Source: Basidiobolus meristosporus CBS 931.73 (lineage: Eukaryota; Fungi; Basidiobolomycota). Taken from it: a stretch of DNA of 64,000 nucleotides. The DNA lies in assembly GCA_002104905.1 (NCBI GenBank), contig MCFE01000118.1:98658-162657 (forward strand), read 5' to 3'. Below, in pieces: positions 49,501 to 59,463 of this stretch (within the stretch, counting starts at the first letter, position 1; every line of letters starts with the position of its first letter). The position numbers and the translations under genes are program-made. A model generated the notes under the pieces. It had not been told where the DNA came from, searched no databases, and saw only the letters and a program-made list of their open reading frames with translations.

Positions 49501-52500
49501 GATATCAATCAAATAATCCTGTAGTTATGAGTCCATTTTCCATGTCCGTTCTGGAGTATTTGGTATTTTCCAAATACTGGTGGGGTGTGTCTAGATAGTT
49601 ACACGCTCTTTGATGGGCAAGATGAGTGCTTGACGCTCTATTTTCGCCAGCCTGATCGCGGAGAGCTAGAGTGACACAAAATATTCATGTTCAACCATTT
49701 TAGCAACATTACTAGTTTCTTGAGTGAGGAGTGCTTGTAAAGTTTGATGTATATTGATTTTCGGCCAAGTGGCCTTGTAGCGGCAGGGGTGCCCGATTAA
49801 ACTTGAGCACTCTAACCACTCGAGTGTCAAAGAGTTATCATTGTTCTGTTGACCCGCGGAAAGAAGATGTAATTAGATTGATGATATCGTGCCCAGTGAT
49901 TGCCGATTCTGAACCACGTTTTAGCATGATTTCATGACGCCCACTCCAAGACTTCGTTAGGCGACTTGCAAGCAAATCATGATGCTTAACAGCTGTAAAT
50001 ATCTTGACCACTCGAGCTTCCGTAATCGTGCAATGCACGTGCCTTGTGACACCACATATTGCTGGTCGACGAGGAACCTATCAGGAAAGTCCTAAAGCAA
50101 AGTCATCTCCCATCCTCATTGTTTAGCATGGTGGATTGGAGTAAAGCGTTTGATGACGTTCCAGTCTGTATATACAAGGATAAATCCTTGGAAGCAGGTA
50201 TCTCGAATATTCTGCAAGGGGAGACTACAATAATTCTCTGCGGGGGTTATGTGGGTAGATCTGGCGTTTTCTATCGGGAAAAAGTGAGCTGTGGTTTGTT
50301 TATTGGCTCTAAGCCTGTCCTGACGGAGATTTCAATTCTTTTCCATACTTATTCACTGGTGACACCGTCCAGGTTCTACCCGGCCATACTTTGTAAGCTT
50401 CATGCGGTCGTATGCAAATTTAGTCCCGCTTGCCCCTCTGGCAATATGGCAAGCAGTCAAGCCATTTTGATATGCCGAGACATATGGGGCTAATAATGAT
50501 CTGCCCAGCAATGCCCGTAACATTGCAACGTTATGTCAGGGTGAATGGTGTTCTCCATGAGGCAATTCTGAATAGACCACCCAAGATTGGCAGTAGAAGA
50601 ATCAGCATACAGATGCACAGATGTCACTGGCGAGGGGGCTTTGATGTTTTAATATGTTAAGAGGTTGGGGATTTGGCTCTCTCACTTTCGCTGCTACTAT
50701 TGGCGATGTCCACCTCCAGGGGATCTGATGAATAAGATACTAGCTCTGGTTCCAAGTGCATTTGCAACAAGCCATCTTGAGTCTGAAAAATATCCTTATT
50801 TTGCTGTCTATGGATAGTTGCTCTGCTCAACCGCTACTGTGGCTCGTATTTACCTAGCCTACAGTGTATCACGCTGCGCACAATCCAAGGTCACAGCGTA
50901 TTCAAACAGTTTTTAGAAGAGCCACAATCTCCTATAACAACTGCTTGTCTCAGGCACAGTATGGTCAATTGGGGTTCACGTTTATCCATCTCACAAGCCT
51001 AGTTACGGAGGTACTGCACTTGAAGCCATAAATTACTTCCAATGACTCGGATATATTCCATATATACCAAGGCGTAGATTCTGATTTGGGAGGCAACAAC
51101 ATAGTAGGAATAACCAGATTATGGCAAATTGGACATATTCTCACCAAGCGGAAATCTATGGCCATTATTTGTCCATATATACATGTAACACTAAGAATGA
51201 GCGGAAAATATAGGGAGTTGAAGATCATAGACAAATCCCCATGACGAGTGTGCTTGCCTTGCCTGCTGGCCAGCAATTAATCATCAATAACTCCAAGCAT
51301 GTTTTACTTGATTATGGAGTGAAGTGCCTCTGGTACCGGATGTGGACTCCTAGTGATACAAGGCACAAATACCAACCTCCAACAAGCCACTCACATCGCT
51401 CCCCCGTCTGTTTAGGCATTACAATAGTTTTACCAACTTCAACTCATGGATGGGCACTGATGACACCATTAATTGAATCATCGTCTATCCCATCTTTTCT
51501 GAGAATGGCATCGGAAATGGAAATATCCCCAAAAGGACCGGATGCTCAAAGTGTGAAGCTCTTTTCTTCGGAGCGGTAAAGTTGTTTTTTGCTTGCGATG
51601 TAGTGCTAGCAGTTCAGCGCTTCAGCAGATTCCCGAATGCCCTTACAAAACTAAAATATCATCTGTAGTTTTGCGTTGTTTCCTTTCTAATGAACAAAGA
51701 AACAAGTGGCTGGATAATGATGGCAGGACCCAATACTGACCTTATCGACTCTCTCGAACCTTGGAGGGCTGCAGGATTGCTATAAGGTACCTTGGGCTAT
51801 TCAGGATCAATTGAGTGAAAATGAAACACCACCCGCACTAGGAATAAGTCAATGCTACATACGAGTTGTAAATAGTGGCCGAAGCTACATAACTCCCTAC
51901 ACGTATATAAAAAGTGGGCGGTCGGTGGTATTCAATCCAAACATTCAATCGGAACTACAGTTCAACTTGCATCTATTTATGTACAGACTATAAAGGGTAT
52001 CAACAGATCCAGAGCATCTCTTTATTATTGCTAATGTATACATTATAGGCTTTCACAGAGTAACAATGGTGACTAATCTTGACGTGACTGGCAATATCTT
52101 TATATCCTAGGCAGCAGTTACAAGTACCATGAACCAATGCAGCGACCGGACACAAGTTTTATACCATTAATATTATAGAAAGTAGGATTGGGTTTGGGAA
52201 TAAGCAGTGCTAAAATATTCACCAAGTTGAAAGAAAGCATTACGCTATTGGTGGAGCTTCCAATATGTATACACATCATTTGTCAAGATATTCCCTTAAT
52301 GTCTGCAACAACTGAAGGAACAGAAGTATCAATTCAGCACATAGCTAGCGGTACAATGCGATTTCATACTTCAAAACTTTCTGTCGCAAATCAATCAGGT
52401 ATAGAGTTTTCTAAAACAGCCAAATTCCGTACTCATCCTGGTTCAACTACGGGTTTATATGTTCATTATCAATGGTGGTGACCTTCGGAAAATTCTTAAC

Positions 52501-52749
52501 CTTTTCATCGCTCTGATATATCATCAATGATAAATTACATTGTACCGCTTATTGCTTTAGATAGAGTAAGTGACTAGATTCAATATTGTAAAGGGCAGTT
52601 GAGAGTATGCACATCATCTTTTTGGTTTTTGGAGCTGCAAGTTTGCCCCAATGTGGAATATTGCTGATGTTCATTTGCCATTTGTAACAACCCACAATTG
52701 ATTAGCATATCTAATTGTGCAAATCTCAGCAAGAGGCACAATCCCCTTT

Positions 52750-52970
52750 TGCTGTATCCAAGAGAAAAGTGTAATAAAACTCTTGAATGGTTTAACTGAA
52801 CTTAAGTGACAACTAAGTGCAGAATCTTAGAAATGTCAGAGAGTGGTGGAAATATTAGCAGAGAGGTTCTGGTCTAATATTGGTCTTGTATATAGCTGGG
52901 GTTGGCTATAAAGGCAACAGGGTTGGTTTGCTATGCAGGCTAGGCTTGGTATTCTTGGGAGTGCTAGATA
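52750..52970 (-). repeat. Truncated copy of the 676-bp LTR family (3' 220 bp, inverted relative to 54745-54965)
   Basis: Reverse-complement match to the end of the solo LTR; stops abruptly at ...GTGCTAGATA where the RT element begins. Confidence 0.9.
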
Positions 52971-53456
52971 GGGGGGAGACAGTCACCAACAGGTAAAATC
53001 TTTATTTCAGTTGAAACAAAGAAGTCAACACTACTGTTGTAGCCTTGATACAAGAGTGTATAGCTGAGGGGAACTTGTAGGTAAGTTAATAAGGAGAGAT
53101 GATAGTTCTTCAGTGCTCAAGACACTGTTCAGTGGGAAGGGGGGTAGCAAGAGGGGTAAGAATGATTTGTGAATAACATTAATGAGGGGAATATGATAAG
53201 GATTGATATTCATCATAAAGGGAGTGTGCTGCTTCAGATATTGCTGCCAAAGGTCTGTCAAGTACTTCAGGTAGGCCAGCTTGGGTTTTTCTGACTGCAG
53301 AATATATTGAGCAAACTTCTTGACCTTGGAATCTCCCAGTATTGTTCTCCAGCAGGAGCCAGGTGTAGTGTGGTGTATTCTCTTCCAGGCCTTACCAACA
53401 GGCTGTTGCAGTGGTGAAGTCTGAGATATAATCTTGTTCTAAGGTAGAGAAGTCTG
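52971..53456 (-). mobile_element. 3'-terminal ~490 bp of the telomere-associated LINE-like element (oldest copy)
   Basis: About 90% identical by eye to 57406-57895, including the G6 tract, the 3' UTR and the ORF C-terminus (53031-53261). Confidence 0.92.
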
Positions 53457-56400
53457 TGTTACAAAAATTTGTAATTCCACCAAAATATTCACCTAACTTA
53501 GTCACTTAGATCATTACCTCCAAATCCTAGAGAATACCTACCAAAATCCTTGTTAGGACTTACTTGGAATATTTTACCAAAATATCAGGAACCCAGAAAA
53601 TGAAAATTCTCAAAGTTGTTCAGACAGCCTCAAAACTTGCACACATGTTTTTGGGACCACTCTAAGCATATTCTGCGTGTTTGTTATGCCAAGACCATGT
53701 AAAAGTATAAATACTACTTTTACATTCAATAAATCATTAAGTGAAAACCACACAATCTACTTGTTCACCCAATCACATCCAGTATCTCCAAAACTCTTAC
53801 AACAGGTTATGAGCCCCAAGTTGTAACTCTCTGCAATGTCTACTACTGCTATTACTGGAATTTTCCCCTCTGCTGAAAAGCTGGATGGATCTAACTACCA
53901 AGTGTGGAAGGTGAAGATGAAGATGCTGCTACAAGAGAGAGGCCTTTGGGATATTTTCATGGGAGAAGAATGTCCTAAAAACATAGGAGAGGAAGCCTTA
54001 AAGTACCAGAAGAAAGAACAAAGTGCCTTTAACTGCATTTGCCTTGATGTCAAAGACAAATTGCTTACTCAATGCTCAAGTGCAAAAATGACAAAGAATG
54101 CCTGGAAGGCATTAGAAGACACCTACCAGTCATGTCCAGCTGCCAACAAAATGTATCTTAGACAAAAATTCTTAATACAAAGATGCATCCAGGAGAAGAA
54201 ATGAGAAATCTAATTTACAGAATTATTCTGCAGGTGGATGAGATGGAATATTTGGGCATGCAAACTTCTAATAAGGATATTATAGTAACTGTTGTGCATC
54301 AAATTTAAAACTTGGCCAGTTTCACTCCATTAGATAATCTAGTACCCTGACTGATTTTCCCTAACCCAAACATAACTAATCCCTGTTGTGGTTTATTTTA
54401 TCACTTCTCAGAATCTATATTTAGCTGTCACACCTGATCAATTTTCATGTGGTCATTACATCCTCAACTGATCTGCTAAGCCATTCCAAGTGATTAGTCA
54501 TCTGAGATTTATCCAACCACTTAGCAGTTGCCAAGACATCAGCTGATTAATGATGCAATTTTTCATTTATTTTATGCACCTATCAACACCCCAACAGATT
54601 TCAATTAGTCCAGTCTCTTAGCACTTACTAATGCAACTCAATCAGAAAAGTATAAATAAAGTTTACTAAACCTTTTGGTTTAGTGTGTGTCTCAATAAAA
54701 TTAAGAGTTGAACAAATCCATTCTAGTTTCTACCCAAACTTAGCATATCTAGCACTCTCAAGAACACCAAGCCTAGCCTGCATAGCAAACCTACTCTGTT
54801 GCCTTTATAGCCCAACTCAGCTATATATAAGACCAATATTAGACCAGAACCTCTCTGCTAATATTTCTGGCACTCTTGACAATTTTAAGATTCTGCACTT
54901 AGTTGTCACTTAGGTTTGGTTAACTCATTCAAGAGTTTTATTACACTTTTCTCTTGGATACAACAGTAACCATCCTGAATAGTCTGACAGACAATTTTCA
55001 GGGCCTTGTATCAGCCCTAGTGTCCAGAACTGAAGATTTGACCTTAAATTATGTATATGGAAGGCTCCTGGATGAAGAATTAAGAAAATCAAGCGCCAAT
55101 AAGTAGGAAGAAGAAAATACTTTAATAAGCAATGATAACCAACAAAGAAGATACTCAAGACCTTTTAAAGGCAATAGCAACCTGTTTTGCCACTACTGCA
55201 ATAGGAAAGGACACACATCAGACTGGTGCTTCAAGAAGAGTGATAGTCAGCAAAAAAAGCCTGAATATGGAAATGCTGCAACAACTGAAGATAAACTATT
55301 CATATCTGCACTAAACACAACCACAAACAAGGATTCTCAGATGTGGTATACTGACTATAGAGCATCTCAACACTTTACACACCAAAAAGAACTTTCTACC
55401 TAATATCAAGAAACTCCAATCAAGAAGGTTTTCATGGGTGACAATAGAACACTTGATGCAGAGGGAGAAGAATCTATCCAAGTAAGCCTCAGAAGCAGGG
55501 AAGGAAGCCATAGAATGACCTTTAAAGAAGTACTCTATGTACCAGAAACAGCCAAGAACCTACTATCTGTAGGCAAAGCCACAGCAGAAGGACTCAGTTT
55601 CAACTTTGACAATTCTTGATGGAGGATCACAGATCAAGATGGCGCTCATATTGCTTTTGGTATCAGAGATCAGAATCTGTATGAGTTGACTTATATACTA
55701 TCATATCTGGAAGCCAATAAAAGTAACTTGAATGAAGAAATACAAAGGCTTTGGCACAGGAGATTTGGACACATCAATTTTGATTATTTGCAAAAAATGA
55801 TCAAAGATAAGCTAATTTCTGGATTAAGAGTTGCTCCCCAGCTAATTTGGAGCACTATGAAGCCTGCATATATGGGAAGCAAGCCAGACAACCAATCAAG
55901 AGCTCTGGAGTAATCAAAACCAAGAAAAAGTCAGATCTAAATCACTCAGATCTATGTGGACCTATGCAAAATTTGTCCTTAGGTGGGATGAGGTATTGAA
56001 CCACTTTATTTATGATTATACTGGATACATGTGTGTCTACCTTTTGGAGAGAAAGGAAGAAGCTCTGTCTAAGTTTAGGGAGTTTAACGCCATGGTGGAG
56101 AGAGAAACTGGCGAAAAAATCAAGAAAATATGCTCTGACAATGGTTGAGAATATACCTCAAAACTCTTCATCCACTTCTGCAAAATTTGTAGGATAAAGC
56201 AAGAGACTACTGTACCTGACTTCCCATAGCAAAATGAAGTAGAAGGATGTGGAAACAGATCAGTAATTGATATGGCAAGATCCACAATCCATGATCAAAA
56301 ATTATCCTATGATTTTAGGGTGGAGTCAGCTGTCACAGCTGTATAACATAGAAATAGAAGTTGTAACAGAATACTTTGTGACTATACTCCATTTGAAGAA

Positions 56401-57393
56401 TGGTATGGATACAGACCAAGTGCAGAACATCTAAGAATATTTGGGTGTACAGCATATGCCAAGAAACTGCCCAAAAATCAGTCAATATTTGAGCCAAATA
56501 GTGTAAAATGCATATTTTTGGGCAACTGCAAAGAGAGTAAAGCATACAGACTCTGCAATACCAAACCAAAGAAGCTAATCAAGTCCAGAGATTTTTTGAT
56601 TGATGAAAATTCATAATGTTTGCAAGAAATGACATTGGATGATGACAAAAATCCAATCCAAAGTCCACCAGTTTTCAGGATTAGATCAGAGCAAAACAAT
56701 GAAATTTTTTCACTCCATCGGACTCTATAACCATGGTTCAGCCTGAATCAGTGCCCAGGAATATCCTAGAGGTGATCATTTCAGTATCAAGAGCCTGGAG
56801 ATCCAACCAGTCAAGAAATAGACCAAACTGCTATATCAATGAGGGTACTAACTTAGCTTATACCTATCCACTCCATATTGATGAGCCACAGACTGTAAAG
56901 TGGCCCTGAATAGCCCTCAGACAAAGTTTTGGAGATCTGCAATGACTGAGGAATATCAGGCCCTTATGAAAAATCAAACTTGGGACTTGGTCAAATTACC
57001 AATCAACCAAAAATCAATTGGATGCAGATGTGTCTTCAAGACAAAATACAAGGCAGATAATACAATTGAAAGATATTAAGCATGACCTGTGTCCAAAGGA
57101 TACTCTCAAACCAAAGGACTAGACTATACTGAGACCTTTGCACCAGTAGCCAAGTTTAATTACATCAGATTGATATTGGCTATTGCAGCCAAATATAAGC
57201 TTTTTATACGTCAAATGGATGTAAAAACTGCATTTTTGAATGGAGAACTTGATGAGGATGTGTATATGGACCAGCCTGATGGGTGTGTTGACCAAGATAA
57301 CCCCCATTTGGTCTGCAAGCTTAAAAAGTCACTATATGGTCTCAAACAATCACCAAGAGCCAGGAATTGCAAGATAGATTCTTATTTGGAATC
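53457..57393 (+). mobile_element. Main copia family copy C (5' LTR 53457-53804, PBS 53805-53816), heavily mutated and truncated within RT
   Basis: LTR, GGTTATGAGCCC, gag MSTTAITGIFPSAEKLDGSNY, then IN and RT fragments. The sequence ends at ...DSYLES, where TTAGGG begins. Confidence 0.95.
54290..54965 (+). mobile_element. Solo LTR (676 bp) of an unrelated family, nested in copia C gag
   Basis: TGTTG...CAACA termini with a 5-bp target-site duplication GTAAC (54285-54289 and 54966-54970). The gag reading resumes across it. TATA-like CTATATATAAG inside. Orientation is assumed. Confidence 0.92.
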
Positions 57394-57405
57394 TTAGGGT
57401 TAGGG
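57394..57405 (+). repeat. Interstitial telomeric repeat (TTAGGG)2 running into a G9 tract at the 3' end of the RT element
   Basis: GGAATC-TTAGGGTTAGGGGGGGGG-AGACAG. Confidence 0.95.
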
Positions 57406-57465
57406 GGGGGGAGACAGTCACCAACAGGTGAAATCTTTATTTCAGTTGAAACAAAGAAGCCAGCG

Positions 57466-59370
57466 CTACTGTTGTAGCTTTGATACAAGAGTGTGTAGCT
57501 GAGGGGAATTTGTAGGTAAGTTAATAAGAAGTGATGATAGTTCTTCAGTGCTCAAGACACTGTTCAGTGGGAAGGGGGGTAGCAAGAGAGGCAAGAATGA
57601 CTTGTGATCAACATTAATGAGGGGAATGCAATAAGGATTGATATTCATCATAAAGTGAGTGTGCTGCTGCAGATATTGCTGCCAAAGGTCTGTCAAGTAC
57701 TTCAGGTAGGCCAGCTTGGGTTTTTCTGACTGCAGAATATACTGAGCAAACTTCTTGACTTCAGGATCTCCAAGTATAGTTCTCCAGCAGGAGCCAGGTG
57801 TTGTGTGGTGTGTTCTCTTCCAGGCCTTAATCAGTGGGTTGCTGCAGTTGTGAAGTCTGAGGTATAATCTGGTTCTAAGGTAGAGAAGTCTGATCTTATA
57901 GGGCATAAACCCAAAAGCACCAAGAATAGCATGTCTGTAGGGGCATTCAGGCAAATGAGGCAACAAGGAGGTAATGCACCATACTGCAAACTTGTCAAGC
58001 TTAGTGCAGTCTCTAGGAGTAAGAGAGAGAAGTGGTAAGCCAAATTCCAGGACAGTGAAGACAAACTGCTTGAGTAGAAGGAGGCAGCTGGGAGCTGAAG
58101 TTGTAGGAGGAGTAACAGCCAGTAGCTTGTGGAGTGCCTGTCTTGCCAGGATAATTCTCTTCTTCAGGTGTGCTCCAGAGTCTAGTCCAGTTGGAAGGAA
58201 AGGAAAGCCAAGATATGTAGCAGAAACCTGAGCAGGTAGAGTGGAGTTCTCCAAGTTGATGGGAGAGCCCAAAGGTACTGTCTTTGCAATGGAAAGCTGG
58301 AGATTATTCTTCTGCAGATACTGGTGGATGGTCTGGGAGTCTTGTTGCACATTGGAGGAGGATATTCTGATGTCATCAGCAAAGAGAGTAATCAGGCAGT
58401 CAGCTGAGAGTCTTGGGAAATCATTCAGGAAGATGGCAAACAGTATAGGACCAAGCACAGAGCCTTGAACCACTCCATTAGGAACTGAGAACACAGCTGA
58501 TTGCTCACTTGGGTGCAGAATTCTTGCTTGTGGATCCAGAAACAGAGACCTGACAAGGAGGGTGAGAGAGGTACTGGAGAAGCATTGCAACTTGGACCAA
58601 AGCAGATTTCTGTCAACTGAATCAAAGGCCTTGGTAATATCACACAGAACAGATGGATACTTGCACTGGAGAGAGTGATCTTGGCTAAGTATGACTGCAT
58701 ATTCCAAGGAGAGGCCAGGAACAAAGCCAAACTGTGCAGGATGAAACTTGAGGGAGTCAGAGTAGAGCTCCTGAGCAAGCAGAAGCTCAAACACCTTTCT
58801 GCAGGTGGGCAGCAGAGATATTGGCCTGTAGGAGCTAGGATCCAGGTGCTTTCCTTTACCCTTGTACAGTGGCAGAACATTTGCAAAGGACCATTCCTCA
58901 GGAGTAGAAAGCTGGGCTGAGCATTGCTGAAACAGTGGAAGCAGAAGTGCAGACATGGCCTTGGTACTAGTCTTCAGAAGCTCATAAGAGATTGTGTCCA
59001 CACCTGGAGCAGTAGAGTTGGGAAGCCTCTTGAGCACATTATGGATTCTCCTTTGATCAAGTGCAAGTGGGATGGGCAGAGTCTTGAAGTCAGGATGAAA
59101 GCCAGGAGTTGAGTACTGCTTTGTAGAGAAGAAGATGTTACCCAGCTGTTCTGTTGAAGGTAACTTCCTGGAAGAGGGCCTCATTGCCCTGTAGAGCCTT
59201 GATACTGTTCTTGTTATAGAGTTGGAAGATTGCAGAGGCAAAGAACTCATAATATGATCCCAGAGCTGAGTATGTAGAGTGTGGTGAATTGCCTTGGAGT
59301 GGTGTATGGCTGTTAGGAGGAGTTTCTCTGTTTTTGGGTTAGGGAAACTCAGGTAGCTTAGTTGCAGGGC
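57466..59370 (-). CDS. Non-LTR reverse transcriptase (594 aa from the ATG at 59250; the frame is open for 40 more codons up to the telomere-repeat junction)
   Basis: APGVDTISYELLK, LYKGKG..PSSYRPISLL, QFGF, DITKAFDSV, GVVQGSVLGPILF, FADD, YLGF. No stops. No recognisable endonuclease, RNase H, CCHC or C-terminal REL domain in the part present. Confidence 0.93.
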   Translation of the reverse strand, partial: ALQLSYLSFPNPKTEKLLLTAIHHSKAIHHTLHTQLWDHIMSSLPLQSSNSITRTVSRLYRAMRPSSRKLPSTEQLGNIFFSTKQYSTPGFHPDFKTLPIPLALDQRRIHNVLKRLPNSTAPGVDTISYELLKTSTKAMSALLLPLFQQCSAQLSTPEEWSFANVLPLYKGKGKHLDPSSYRPISLLPTCRKVFELLLAQELYSDSLKFHPAQFGFVPGLSLEYAVILSQDHSLQCKYPSVLCDITKAFDSVDRNLLWSKLQCFSSTSLTLLVRSLFLDPQARILHPSEQSAVFSVPNGVVQGSVLGPILFAIFLNDFPRLSADCLITLFADDIRISSSNVQQDSQTIHQYLQKNNLQLSIAKTVPLGSPINLENSTLPAQVSATYLGFPFLPTGLDSGAHLKKRIILARQALHKLLAVTPPTTSAPSCLLLLKQFVFTVLEFGLPLLSLTPRDCTKLDKFAVWCITSLLPHLPECPYRHAILGAFGFMPYKIRLLYLRTRLYLRLHNCSNPLIKAWKRTHHTTPGSCWRTILGDPEVKKFAQYILQSEKPKLAYLKYLTDLWQQYLQQHTHFMMNINPYCIPLINVDHKSFLPLLLPPFPLNSVLSTEELSSLLINLPTNSPQLHTLVSKLQQ

Positions 59371-59463
59371 TTAGGGTTAGGGTTAGGGGGGATGATAATC
59401 ACCACAGGGTGAAATCTTTATTTAAATTGTAAATAAAGAAGCCAAGTTTAAATATGAATATCT
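59371..59463 (-). mobile_element. (TTAGGG)3 followed by the 3' tip of a second, diverged subfamily of the RT element, cut by a copia insertion
   Basis: TTAGGGx3-GGG-ATGATAATCACCACAGGGTGAAATCTTTATTT...AAAGAAGCCA aligns with 57394-57462. Confidence 0.85.

Larger units (their letters stand above)
57394..59370 (-). mobile_element. Telomere-associated non-LTR (LINE-like) retroelement, 5'-truncated, with an intact RT frame
   Basis: Flanked on both sides by TTAGGG repeats. Short 3' UTR with AATAAA, a stem-loop and a C-tract; no poly(A). Confidence 0.9.

Noticed and set aside
54356-54370. 15-bp match TTTCCCTAACCCAAA between the solo LTR and the RT element (59331-59345, reverse)
   Set aside because: It is an isolated low-complexity telomere-like word with no flanking homology. 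In the RT element it is in-frame coding sequence.
57466-59370. Calling the RT a Penelope-like (Athena/Coprina) element, telomerase or group II intron maturase
   Set aside because: The motifs (APGxD, YRPISLL, QFGF, KAFDSV, QGSVLGP, FADD) are typical of non-LTR LINEs. Only the orientation and flanks resemble telomeric PLEs.
59250-59370. Claiming the element is naturally endonuclease-deficient
   Set aside because: The frame is open up to the truncation point, so an N-terminal APE domain could simply be missing from this copy.
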